NCBI RefSeq assembly: GCF_009914755.1 | Contig: NC_060929.1 | DNA length: 64,000 bases | Source of the DNA: the human T2T-CHM13v2.0 reference genome, Homo sapiens | Strand: one strand, 5' to 3' | Shown here: piece by piece, positions 27,798 to 41,230 of the stretch | Layout of the letters: each line of letters starts with the position of its first letter | Numbering within the stretch: position 1 is the stretch's first letter | Notes under the pieces: model-generated | Told to the model about the DNA's origin: nothing | Seen by the model: only the letters and a program-made list of their open reading frames with translations | Database searches by the model: none | Translations under genes and position numbers: made by a program

Positions 27798-30531
27798 CTT
27801 TTTTTCCCCCATAAGTTATTGCAGTACAGGTTGTATTTGATTACATGAATAAGTTCTTTAGTGGTGATTTGTGAGATTTTGGTGCACCCATCACCTGAGC
27901 AGCATACAGTATACACTGCTCAATATTTATGGACTTCTATCCCTTGCCCCCCTCCCACTCTTCTTCCGAAGTCCCCAGAGTCCATTCTTAGGCTTGTGTG
28001 TCCTAATAGCTTAGCTCCCACGTATCAGTGAGAACATATGGTTTTTGGTTTTTCATTCCTGAGTTACTTCACTTAGAATAATATTCTCCAGTCTCATCCA
28101 AGTCCCTGCAAATGCTGTTAATTCATTCCTTTTTATGTCTGAGTAGTGGTCCATCATATATATCTACCACAGTTTCTTTATCCACTTGTTGATTGATGGG
28201 CATTTGAGTTCGTTCCATGATTTTGCAATTGTGAATTGTGCTATTATAAACATGAACATTCCTCTTAGCACTGCCTTTGCTGTATCCCAGAGGTTTTGGT
28301 AGGTTGTGTCATTATTGTCATTCAGTTCAAAGAATTTTTAAATTTCCATCTCTGAAAAAAACTATATCTTTCCTTCATATATGATGCTTAGTTTTGCTGG
28401 ATACAAAATTCTTGGCTGATAATTGTTTTGTTTTAGGAGGCTGAAGATAGGGCCCCAATCCCTTCTAGCTTGTAGGATTTCTGCTGAGAAATCTGCTGTT
28501 AATCTGATAGGTTTTCCTTTGTAGGTTACCTGGTTCTTCTGTCTCACAGCTCTTAAGATTCTTTCCTTTGTCTTAACTTCAGATAACCTGGTGAAAATGT
28601 GCCTATGCAATGATATTTTTGTGATGAATTTCCCAGGTGTTCTTTGTGCTTCTTGTATTTAGACATCTAGGTCTCTAGCAAGGCCAGGGAAGTTTTCCTG
28701 GATTATTCCCCCAAATATGTTTTCCAAGATTTTAGAATTCTCTTCTTCCTCAGGAACACCAACTATTCTTAGGTTTGGTCACTTAACATAATCCCAGACA
28801 TCTTGGATGCTTTTTTCATATTTTCTTTTTTTTCTTCATCTTTGTTGGATTAGGTTAATTCAAAAACCTTGTCTTTGAGCTCTGAATTTATTTCTTCTAC
28901 TTGTTCAATTTTATTGCTGATGCTTTCCAGAGCATTTCACATTTCTAAAAGTGTGTCCAAAGTTTCCTGAATTTTTAATTGTTTTTGTTTGTTTGTTTAA
29001 GCTAATATTTCCTTGAATATTTCTCTCTTCACTTCTTGTATCATTTTTTGGATTTCCTTGCATTGGGCTTCGCCTTTCTCTGATGCCTCCCTGATTAGCT
29101 TAATAACTAACCTCCTGAATTCTTTTTCAGGTAAATCAGGGATTTCTTCTTGGTTTGGATCCATTTTAGGTGAATTAGTGTGATTTTGGGGGATGTTAAT
29201 GAGGCTTGTTTTCTCATATTACAAGGGCTGGCTTTCTGGTTCCTTCTCATTTGGGTAGGCTCTGTCAGAGGCAAGGTCTAGGGCTGAAGGCTGTTGTTCA
29301 GATTCTTTTGTCCCACGGTGTTCCCTTGATGTAATACTCTCCCCATTTTCCTATGGATGTGGCTTCCTGTGAGCCGAACTGCAGTGATTGTTGTCTCTCT
29401 TCTGGGACTAGGTTGGTACTAGCAGTTGTTTGCACAGAGTCCTGTGATGTACAATGTCTATGGATCTTTCAGCTGTGGATACCAATGCCTATTCCTGTGG
29501 AGGTCGCAGGGGGTGCAATGGACTCCGTGAGGGTTCTTAGCTTTGGTGGTTTAATGCTCAATTTTTGTGCTGGTTGGCCTCCTGCAGGGAGGTGGCACTT
29601 TCCGGAGAGCATCAACTGTAGTAGTATGGAGAGGGACCATCGGGGGCAGGGCCCCAAAACTCCAAAGATTATATGCCCTTTGTCTTCCACTACCAGGATG
29701 GGTAGGGAAGGACCATCGGAGGGGGCAGGGCTAGGTGTGTCTGAGCTCAGATTTTCCTTCAGTGGGTCTTGCTGCGACTGCTGTGGGGGATGCGGGTGAG
29801 ATTACCAGGTCACTGGAGTTGTGTACCTAGGAGGATTATGGCCTTCTCTGCTGAGTCATGCAGGTTGTCAGGGAAGTGAGGGAAAGCTGGCAGTCACAGG
29901 CCTCACCCAGCTCCCACGCAAACCGAAGGGCTGGTCTCATTCCCACAAAACCCCCACCAACAGCCCGAGTCTGTTTCCAGGTAGTGGATGAGACGGGCTT
30001 GAAAACTTAACCCAGGCTACCCACCTCCCAGTTGCAAAAGAAAAGGATTTGGTTCTTCCCCAGGCGCTGTGGAATCTGCATACTAGATTTGCACCTTCCC
30101 CCAAGTCCTGGCCAGGAGGCTTCTCGCCTCTCACCCATTCAAACTGTTACAAAGTTCAGCTAGAGATCTCCTTCTCTCTGTGGAGTTTTACCCCCTGCTC
30201 CTCTGGCCACCCTCCCAATGGATCCCTGTGGTGCCAGGCAGGAGTGGCCTGCTAGGGGACCCGACAAGCTCCCAGGGCCTTTCTGCTGCTTCCTCTACCC
30301 CTGTATTTCACTTGGCTCTCTAAATTGACTCAGCTCCAGGTAAGGTCGGAAACTTCTCCTGCAAACAGACCTTCGGTTTCTCCAGTGGGGCTGTGTGTTC
30401 AGGAGAGTAGTGTCTCCCTTTCCCACTTCTGCAGTTGGAGCCCTCACAGTATTTGGAGTATCTCCCGGGTCCTGCAGGAGCAGTCTGCTTCCTTCTGAGG
30501 GTCTTTGGGTTGTCTCAGGATTGCTTGTTTG
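27798..30531 (-). mobile_element. L1PB1-like LINE with 5'UTR, ORF1 and 3' end but two large internal deletions
   Basis: 3' end ataagttattgcagtacagg. ORF1 remnant RILRAVRQKNQVTYKGKPIRLTADFSAE (28362-28610). GC-rich 5'UTR ~29.3-30.5 kb. Confidence 0.85.
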
Positions 30532-31897
30532 TCCATGGACCCTTTAGAAGTCCTAGGTAAAGATCCTTATTTTTCCTTTTAGATTATTAAATCTAATAAT
30601 ATATAGATATAGATATAACAAATACAATCTTGTGGTCCAAACAGTAAGTGAAAATGTTACATGAATATGGAAGGTTATGTGCTTCCAGATTCATGAATCC
30701 CAAGCTTTCTCTGTCAAAGAAAATATGTTTGCTACTGTTGAAGCTTCACAATGCTGGCCTTTTAAATGCCATTTGTGAGTTTCTCTTCTGTATCAAATGA
30801 TACCTTTATTCTAGCTTCTCCTCTCTCTTGTCATTCTAACTTCTGGATGTGATGCTTACCTCTGTATATCTTGCCTGCTTCCACAAATACACTCCTATTT
30901 CTCTCCTGTCTTGGTTTTTTTTTCTCCCCAAATCCTAACAACGTTTGTGTATATATAATTAATCACCAACAAATGCATTAATCCCTGTTGTTTATTTAAT
31001 GGTCACATGATAATTCTCACTAATATGATACTCCAAGAACTTCTGAAGAGCCCCTTCTCTGCTGTTTCCCATCCCCATCCCACTAACATCTCCAACCCAA
31101 CAGCTATGAGAATCAACCTGAGAACCATTGGCAAACACCATTAACTGCTTTCTAAACATATTTTCGGGGAAATTTTAAAAAGACGTTCTTTTCTTTTGAA
31201 GCTCTGGCAGACTAAATTATCAGAAACTTGCTCACTTCTCATTAGATATAAGAGCTACAAGCATGAAGGGAGTAATGTATTAGGTGAACAGTTGAATTAA
31301 ATAACTTTGCAGGTCTTGGCTACCTTTGAAATTCTAAAACCCCCACTTCAATTGTATCTGAGCAACTCAAAATTTCACATCCAAATTCTGTACATGTAAA
31401 TTGGTTCTAACTGGTGTATTCACAGACTTTGGAATAGGCAATAGAGATTAGGGAAGCATTGACTCTTCATGTTTGTCGAATACATGAGTTTCATTTTTAT
31501 TTGGTTGTCAGTATACCTTGTATGTTACTGTTTCATTTTGCTCTTGTAGGGACAGAGAGGTAAGATCCCTTTCCTCACCCATCATAAGGGCCATGGCTAA
31601 CAACAAAAGACAGATCAATTAAAGTTTTAGGTGACATAGGAGCCTTCAGAAATGAAGACTCAAAGACTCAGGGGAAATCGTTTTTATGCTAATGTTCAAT
31701 AAAGAATGAGCAGCCGTGTAGAAATGTGGTTGGATGAAGGGGGTATGACTTAATGGTAATACACCGAGCAAGGAAAACCGGCAAGGCCTGTCTGTTCAGA
31801 TTCTTCTTGACTTCTCTGGGTAGCATTTCTCCTCCCTAGCATGGGGCAGGACTGCTCTGGAATGAGGGTCTGATGACCTGCTCTCAGACAAAGTAGG

Positions 31898-31992
31898 AGG
31901 CAGGGATAGTTTAACAAGTCAATGAATATGATACACCACATAAACAGAATTAAAAACAAAAATCACATGATCATCTCAATAGAAGCAAAAAA
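31898..31992 (+). mobile_element. 95-bp internal L1 ORF2 (RT region) fragment
   Basis: Homologous to 20027-20127 of the L1PB (aattaaaaacaaaaatcacatgatcatctcaatag). Confidence 0.85.
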
Positions 31993-32110
31993 AGGTCAGG
32001 GAATTTTTTAATGGCCAGCTCTTATACAGAAAGATGTGGGAAGGTTGGAATTCTATTTCTAGGTTTTAGGGCTGGCTTTAGGGAAGAGGAATTCTAGCTT
32101 CTATGACTCA

Positions 32111-32467
<357 letters not shown>

Positions 32468-33227
32468 AGGCCTTGTTTATGAGGCTCTTCTGAGGTCTTC
32501 CAATCTCCTTTAGTTCAAAGTACTCAGCATGCCAAAGCACTATACTTTGGGGCATCATTTTTTGAGGCCCAACACTATGGAAGAACAGGGTTACAGGTAC
32601 CTAAGTGACTGTATTGAGTGTTGAAAAATTCCTCAGTTATGAATATATTCTTTGTAAATTCTTTCTGATATTACCAAAGAGGGTGGGATTACAAAGCTGC
32701 TCAATGAAAAACCAGTAGAAGACATCTTTTTCCAAAATGGAATTAGATTTAGTTTCTCCGGCAACTAAAAATGAGACCTTCTCACTACAAGTAATTTTGA
32801 AACTACACACACTAACGTTAGAAGAAAAAGGTTTTTAGTCTCATCAATATCTACCACCCAGAGATGACCACAGTTAATTCATGAGCAACCCTCCAGACAT
32901 GTGTCTACACATATAAATAGATGTGCAGATATAGATATCTGTAATTTACATAAGTAAAATAATTTTACACATGATATTGTGTCATGAACACCTTTTCAGA
33001 TCAATAAATACAGCACTACATCATCCTTTGTAATGGAGCTTTAGTATTCCATTGAATTTATTTAGTCAATTCATCTGTTGTTTTGAAAACCCCACTTTTT
33101 TGCAGGAAAAAATTAGACAAAGTTTAATATCCATTTATGACCAAAACTCTCAGCAAACTTGAAATATAAGAGAACTTCCACCTGCTAAAATGTATCTATG
33201 AAAAACCTATAGCCAACCTCATATCTA

Positions 33228-33471
33228 TTTTTTCTTTTCTTCAGCTTTTAAGTTTAAGGGTACGTGCAGAGGATGTGCAGGTTTGTTACATAGGGAAATG
33301 TGTGCCATGGTGGATTGCTGCACAGATCATCCCATCACCTAGGTATTAAGCCCAGCATCTGTTAGCTATTCTTCCTGATGCTCTCCCTCTGCCACCGCTG
33401 ACTTCTGACAGGTCCCAGTGTGTGTTGTTCCCCCTTGTGTCCATGTGTTCTCATCATCCAGCTCCAACTTA
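33228..33471 (-). mobile_element. 5'-truncated L1PA (old subfamily) 3' end
   Basis: gatgtgcaggtttgttacatagg...cacagatcatcccatcacctaggtattaagccc. Confidence 0.9.
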
Positions 33472-36400
33472 TTGAAAACCCCACTTTTAAAAGCGGAATA
33501 AATCTGGTGGCATAGTATGACACTGCCTCAGCAGCCTCTGAGGTAATCCTGGCATATCTCACACCAGACAATGATAACGTTAGCCCTAGAGTCACTTAAT
33601 AAGAGAAGCCCACAGTTACTGGGTCAGACTCTGAGATACCAGAGTCTGCATGTCAGAAACCAAACCAAATCAACAGCGGGAGTTACAAAGAATCACAAAG
33701 GCATTCATGGAGAAATGAGCTCCCCTGGGAGACTCGCTACAATTAGGAAACCGCCCCCTCCTCTTCCCCATGGTGGGAACAGTATGTCTGATCCAGCAGC
33801 CAGGCTGTGGGCAGGAAACCCTGCTTGATGCCACGTAGGACAGAAGACCAGCTCTCGTCCTCAGACACACGTGGCTGGTGCAGTCTGGCACATGAGGAAG
33901 GGTATTACTCTTCCCAGATGGTGTTTCCTATCCCTCTTCACAGCCAATCTAGGAAATGGCTGTGCCAACATTGGCAAAAGTGTCCTGCAGTCGACATGGG
34001 GAGTTAGTCTCAGAGTTGGAGGATTTACCATCGTGATGTAACTGGTATCCCTTACATGGAAAAGGTAACTTACAAGTACACAAACGGTGTAGCTATGTGC
34101 CATAGTTAGAAGTAAGACTGGATGAGAATACCAGATCTCCATGAAGAAAAGATCTAACACTCAGATGGTGTACTGACACAAGAAAGAACAAAATCAAAGA
34201 GATGAAAACGAACCTCTTGCTTTCAGGAAATCCTGATGAGACACATAGCTTTTGGCACTCCCAGTAGGAATGCAGTTTTACTCAATGCCTCCCTTTGAAC
34301 TCTTGCTTCTACTAAAAACTAATTGGTGCTCTGATGACGGGAAAGCCTTCCTTTAGTGGGGAGGCTTCTAGTGTTAGGTATGTGTCCTTTGAGCCATTAA
34401 TACCTCCATAGGTGGACAGTCATAAAAATAACTGTCCTACCTAATAAGAGTACTGTTAAAGTTATTCAAAATGCTGAAAGCATTAAACAGATATAAAGAT
34501 GTACATTTTTCTATACCTATATGATAAACACTGAGATGAATATTCATATTACCCAGAAGAGATGTGGCAAATATGGAAGCCACTTGCATTCCACAGTATT
34601 TATGTGCAAGGCATGGTGCTAGGTTACAGGGAAGCCAAGAAAACGAAGTCACAGCTTCTACCCTCAAGGAGTTCACAGCTTTATTTTTTAAAAAGGGCAG
34701 CTACTCACTACAAAAAGAAGTAACTTACTCAAGATCACACACAGTAATGAGCTTCAAAAAAAGGTCCAGGAGTCAGATATTACCTTGAATATGTCTCTCT
34801 GAGCAGAGGAAGATACAGAATTTTCTTTGAACTGTTCCACATGTCCCCTGACATGAAAGCTACTAATTTAACTGGTTAAGAAACCCTGAATCATAAGGGC
34901 CAGAAATGCCATCTTTTCCCTGACTATAAACTCAGCAGACAGCAAGAAAATAATGCAGAGTAAGGGGGAGGAGCGATTAACAAAGTACTGCATGTGGATA
35001 ATGTTAATTTTTAAAATAGATGCACTCGGGGATGTCTCTTTAAATATCCACATTGAATAGGGAGGAATCTGTTCATTTGTTTATTCTACTCTAACCAGAC
35101 CCTGGCATTCTGTTACCAGAAATATCCTCCTTTCCCCCTCCTCTCTTCCCGGCATTGTCTGCAGGTGCCTTCGCCCTAATACTGAAGTCCTCTGCATGAG
35201 GCTGTGACAGGGCTCCTCCGAATATTTGGCAATGAAAGCTGCTTGGCCCATTTTGCACATGCATTTGGGAGATTTCCAAACAGATGCATATTCGTCTTCA
35301 CTTTCTTGGCAGGAGGGCTGAGAATTTAAGGATTCTTATGGAGAATTTATGCTGCTCTGAAAACTTAACCCATCGTGGAAGAAACATGAAAGAGTTCGTA
35401 TAAAAGACATGACCTTTTGCCTCCTTTTGGAGTCTGTTGCTTGGCCTCCTGTGTCTTTGTTGCCTTTTATTAAAGCTTTAGCGACTTTCTTTGTGAACGG
35501 GTGATTTTCACTGTCCTGAGCTCTCTAGGGTCTATTTTATTTTCAACAATGATTTCCATTTCATCTGAATCCATTGCCACAGCCAAAGATGTGCTTCTTT
35601 ATTCAGAAAGTGCCATCAGTAGGGATGGAAACAAAATATTGTCTGAAAGCCATTTGGGGGCAATTTAACAAAAAGGGGGTAGAAAAATGAGAGTAACCTA
35701 TAATTTTATTACCTGGAGCTACATGCTAACAAGGACAAAACAAGAAGTCCCAACAATGGGTGAGCCATGGATGGATCAGCAGCCTGATTGGCAAATCCTA
35801 AACAATAACTCTTATTCCTCTGAGTTATTTAATCCCCACATGATCAGACAGAACAAAGAAAGCCCTGCATATCAGGAAGATTTTATAATTTCATATCTGC
35901 CTATATTTGTCTGGGCTAAATATAGCCAAGAGCCTTTTAATATTCTCCCTAAAGGATCCTTTGAAAACTCACCAAACAGGAATTACCCTGTAAAAATGCA
36001 GAGACGCAATGCTCTGCAAACAGTATTTTCTTAAACTGGATAAACTGCAAATAAAACAAACACACAAAGAAAATTAAATAGTAGTCTAAAAGAATAAGAA
36101 AGTAACCTAGCCTCCCTTATTTGACATTGAAAATAATTTTTATAATGTTTAGCCAGGTCCTTCTTTGATAAATACACTAAAGAAATGATTTTTTTTGTCT
36201 GCTTAGATATTTCAGGTTTTGTTTTTAATTTGCTTCCTCAGTCATGCTTTTACTTACTTTCCAATTCCTTCCCTCCTTTCCTGGCTCTTACCTGTGTAAC
36301 CTGATTATACCCTGACATGGATTCCTCCCAGTATAGCTTCCCCACTGCTCAGGGACTTGGACTACAGTCACAGGCATTTATACATCTGCACTGACTCACT

Positions 36401-37490
36401 CAATCTATTCTTCAGCTCAGTAGGATGCCCTGAAGAAAGGTTCTCAAGCAGGGTCTAACAGGATCTTTATGAGTTGGGAGTTTATTTTTCCCTCTTTAGG
36501 GTAACCACTTTGCTAGGAGATGACAGAGATGCTGAGACTCCCTGCATCTGCTCCCTTCTGGCACCCAGCACCAGGGATTTATGATCAACCAAGACCAAGG
36601 AGCAACCCCCTGGAGGACGGCTCACAAGGCCTTGTGAAACAAAGGAAGTTTCTTCAAGCAGCTTATCTGTATTAGCAGCACTTGATTCTAGATAGGCGAG
36701 TGCACCAACAATTCCGCCTAAAAGAATAACAGTGGCTGAGGAGAACACACTTCCAACTGTGCAGCAATTAGAGTGCTGTTGAATGGCTGATTGCTTGCGT
36801 GTGGTCCCCTTAGTTCCCTGGTGGAGCGTGCTTATAGTTCTGCAATTGGATAAAATGGATTGGAATGAGCACTGTCATATAGAACTGCCAGCTGTTCTAC
36901 TGTTAATAAAGACACTATTTAGCTATTAATACATCCCATTCTTCCATGTTGTGCCCATTCAAACAAAATATCTTTGTTTGCAAAGGGGGTGTGACTGCAC
37001 CTGTTCTTGATTGGAGATTCTGTGGCCTGTGGAGGACCCCTTGTTACCATTGCGCAGCAATTGTAGCTTCCAGGCAGTGTCTGCTTGTAAAAGAAACGGG
37101 GAGACTAGACAGTGGGATTTAAAAAAGAAAAAAATGAAGCTGTGGGTTCAACAGAGCTGCCATTTCTTCAAATGGTCTTTATGAAAAAAAAAAAAAGTCT
37201 AGTTTATTGGGCAAGTTGGAATTACTTGTAAGCAAATTCCGTGTGACTAATGATTCCTTCCCTTTTTCAAGGAGTTATTGTGTTTTAAATATTCCTGAGT
37301 ATGAAGGCAGAATTCTATGGTGATCTCAGCAGGTGAAAAATGCAGCCTAAGCCTGAGTAATTAACAGGAGATACTACTTCCCAAATAAGCAAAAGAGCAA
37401 AGCACTTTCTTTCTTTCTATGGGCAAGCACAATACTAGCTTCTTTGGAGTGCCATCTTCAAGGAATTTACAATAAGGGTAAGGAGACAAG

Positions 37491-37547
37491 ATATATATAG
37501 ATATATATATATATATATATATGCAGGAAATATATATATATATGCAG

Positions 37548-37584
<37 letters not shown>

Positions 37585-37589
37585 GGAAA
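37491..37589. repeat. Compound [(TA)n-TGCAGGAA]x3 tandem repeat
   Basis: Directly visible. Confidence 0.95.
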
Positions 37590-37797
37590 AAATAACCCAC
37601 ATGAACCAAGCTATGTTATGTCTCTGTTTCCACATGGATAGATATGAAACACAACAGGGTGTTGAGTGGGATCAATTCTAAAATTGTAGTTAAGGCCCAA
37701 GCGGGAGCCACCACTTAACTGCTATCAGTTGGAGTAGATTTTCTTGGAGCTTATGAAGATGCTAACCTGTTGCTGATAATAACCACCACCATCACCA

Positions 37798-38355
37798 TGA
37801 AGAAAATCAAAATATTCGACCCCAAAATACACTTCTGTAACTTATTTTGGAATGGCTGTTCCTCAAGAGCCAGCAAACAGAAGTAGCCTTGCAAAGTTGT
37901 CTTTTGTGAGGGAGAGTTGCTTCTGTAGAGAAAATCTGCATTGATGTAGCCGGGTTTTCTCTGAGCCTTTCCTTATCTGGATCTCGGAAAGATTAACTGA
38001 AAATGTGATACCTTTAAAGGTCTGATACAAACACTTTACCATCTATGGTCTCTGAAGGATTCTACCTGTGACGTTTCCTCTACGTAACAAGATCACCTTT
38101 GCTAGCCAGGTTTCCTCTTCTCTCCTGACCACCACCTGTTTTGCCAACATCCAAGCTTTCATTCTTTCTGTAACCTCAAGATGGTAGGTAAGCTTCTGTA
38201 CCCCATCGTGGGTTTGGGGTCATCACTCTGTGGTTCTCCTCCATGCGCATGGTAATAAATGTGTATGCCTTTTCTCCAATTACTCTGCCTTCTGTGAGTT
38301 AATTTTTTGGTGAAACTTCAGAGGGTGAAGAGGAAGTGTTCCCTATGCCCCTACA
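37798..38355 (+). mobile_element. MER34-like ERV1 solo LTR
   Basis: tgaagaaaatcaaaatattcgaccccaaaata...aataaatgtgtatgccttttctcc...cccctaca. TSD acca/acta. Confidence 0.8.
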
Positions 38356-38462
38356 ACTATGACCGCCATCACTACCTGGGATATAAGCAAAAAAACAGAA
38401 GGAAGTGAAGAAGAAGCATTTACAGTGGTCATTACCAACCTGTGGGAATTAGGTGTTCCAAG

Positions 38463-38818
38463 GTTTATTAGTCTCCTAGAGATGCCATAACAAAATACCA
38501 CAGACTGGGTGGCTTAGAAAACAGAAATTTACTGCTGTCAGCTCTAGATGCTGGGAAGTCCAAGATCAAGGTGCTGGCAAGGTAAGTTTTATCCTGAGGC
38601 CTCTTCTCTTGGCTTATAGGCAGCTGCCTTCTTAATGTATCTCTGTGTCTCTTCTTATAAGTGCACTAATCCCAGCATATCTGGATGCCACTCTTATAAT
38701 CTCATTTAACTTTAATCACTTCCTTAGAGCCCCTATCTCCAAACACAGTCACAGTGTTCGTTAGGGTTCCAGCATATAAACTGGGGGATAGGGGTAGACA
38801 TAATTTAGTCCATAATAC
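38463..38818 (-). mobile_element. MLT1B-like MaLR LTR
   Basis: gccataacaaaataccacagactgggtggctta...gacataatttagtccataa. Confidence 0.8.
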
Positions 38819-39109
38819 TAGGTAATGATTTTCGCTTTGTTCCTTCTGAGGGGTGAGGGGTAGAAACACATCATTCAATCATTCAAAAGAAAATGAGGGT
38901 AATTTCAAACAGGAGTGACAGTCTGTCTTCTGTGGATGAAATCTACCTGGGATATAGAATCTACAAGCAACCCACTCTACTTGGTGTTGCTTCCTGAGAG
39001 GGGAATGATAAGGATTTCTAAAAGGAATCCAACACTGTATTTAGATGCCATTTAAGGCCTAGAAATTTGTAAGGGCTGGCTGGAAAGGCATTGGGGGACT
39101 ATGGGATGG

Positions 39110-39670
39110 GTGCAAATTAATCATGCTTTTAATGTATCTTATGAGGTTTTGATGTTAAAAAATCCTGCTGGCCAAGGGGAGACTACCTCTCCCAGGGCTA
39201 GCCAATTCTCAGAGATGGCAAAGAACTTGGCTGGTAGCTTGCGTTTCATATGCAAACCAACCAGTCTGAGTTCTTATTCCCCAACCACTTATTTTCTATA
39301 ACTCTCAGACACCAAGCCAATATTTCCCCTTCTCTAAATCAACCCAGGGCCAAATATCAGACAACTAGAGACTACCCCTATAGTCCAAAGCCCATTGATA
39401 TTATTCAAATGAGGCAGCACTAAGCTGCTTACCTCTCTCTGCCTTGACTTTCCCACGGAAATCCCTATCAAGCTCTGGACTAGGCTTTCTCCTGGTTCCT
39501 GCTTCTGCTTCCTGACGAAAACCTGGAAGTTCTCCATGTGGCCCTGCATGGCAAGACATGCCCACCTTCCTCAGGAAATATAAGTCATAAATTATTCTCT
39601 CAGTGGCATTGACCAATCTGTGTCATCACACAGTCACCAGTAAAAATTAAAATCCCACATTTTGAGACCC
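39110..39670 (+). mobile_element. ERVL LTR (MER54/MER74-like)
   Basis: cccagggctagccaattctcagagat, catatgcaaaccaacc and gtggccctgcatggc motifs. Boundaries approximate. Confidence 0.55.
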
Positions 39671-40849
39671 GGTGCCCATGAAACAGCCTCAACAAACAGA
39701 GAAGACCTCAATGGTTCTTGTGGCTCCACCTGAGAGGGTCTAGGGCAAGAGAAAGGGCAAGAATATTAGGGCTGCCCAAGATGTGGCGGAGCCGGAAGAG
39801 CACAGATGTTGCTGGAGGATTGGTGATGCCTCTCTGAGGGGTCCTTGACAGCAGAGAGGCTGGCCTGGAGCTGAGCACTGCCCCAGGCACACTCTATTTC
39901 ATCTACTTAGGACCACTGTGTCTGCAGAGGCCACCAGCAGCAAACAGAATCAGATGAAACCAGAGTTTTCAAAGCCTGGGCACTTCCTGCTATGTGCCTT
40001 TGCAATGTTCAGTTACAGAAAGTCATCTTTGCCTCCCCCATCTATTCTCACAGTTCCCTAACAACAGAAATGTGAGAGAAGGGGGAAAGGATATGCTGGA
40101 GCCATATCACCCTCTCTCGCCTCCACTCTGAATCTTTGCAACTTGATATTTAACCTGTCCAGATGGGTTTAAATTGGAGATGGGACAGTTAAACCCGGAG
40201 ATCTGAGTTGGAATTTGGAGCTTGGAGTTACTGGACTGGCTAAATTTTAATAAACAAAATGGTGGGAAAGTTCTAGACTCCTTATAATATAAAAAGGAAG
40301 ATTTGGTAGAATTAAAAGCAGTAACAAAAAATAAAATTGTGTCTTATAGCATTGTACGTTTTACTTATCTTTGTTAGCAGTTCTATTTCTCTCTGAAGAG
40401 TCGGTGTATGAATAAATAATTCGGAAAAAATTAAAAGAATTGTATCCAGTGTAATAAGTGCCACAAAGTAAACCCTCAATCTAAATTTGTTGGATGGTAA
40501 GTAAAATACTCTTTCTTTCCCTTTAGGAAATTCCTACAAAACATCAGTGGAATGCGTCTGTTTATAAACTAACTACTCACCCAGAAACCCCAAACCTCCC
40601 CAGGTACAGAAAAGATGGCCACTAAAAGAATTTGGTATCGTGTCTTTAGAGCGATTCTCTAGCACACATCCTCTAATTTGTTCGTTCCTGATCCTGCAAT
40701 CTGCTGCCTCAGCTATATGGGGGTGTTCTTGCACAGATTAATTTTGGAGAATTAATTTTTCATGGGCACTCTTTCTTTCAGGTTTAACTCAGTTTCCTGC
40801 TTCTTCAAGTCACCCAATGAATATTTCTACACTGATATTTTAGGCCTTG

Positions 40850-40851
<2 letters not shown>

Positions 40852-40899
<48 letters not shown>
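40852..40899. repeat. (GT)24 microsatellite
   Basis: Directly visible. Confidence 0.97.
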
Positions 40900-40901
<2 letters not shown>

Positions 40902-41230
40902 TCTCCCAAAATTACTTGTCATTTCCAGCTGCATTCTGGGTATCCTTTTGTAGCAGTTCATGTGGGCTCCTCACAACAGATTGGCATGATTCATCTTTTA
41001 AGACACATGTTAGACTGAGAATCAGGAAGCCTAGAGTTGGTTCTGGTTTTGCCAGGACCATGAACAAGCTGATTTTTGAGCCCCCAGTCCATATATTCCT
41101 TCCTACGTCAAACCTTTTCTGACCCCTAGATAGAGCAATTATTTCTTCTTACTTCTATTTCAATATCTATTGCTCTATATTTGCACCTACCCATTTATGT
41201 ACTCGTTCCCTCTTCTAAAGTGTGAACTTT

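Noticed and set aside
33840-34070. Possible exon ending at aag/gtaact
   Set aside because: No convincing acceptor and no coherent reading frame.
37491-37589. Repeat-spacer pattern resembling a CRISPR array
   Set aside because: 8-bp repeats with (TA)n spacers in mammalian DNA and no cas genes; a simple tandem repeat.
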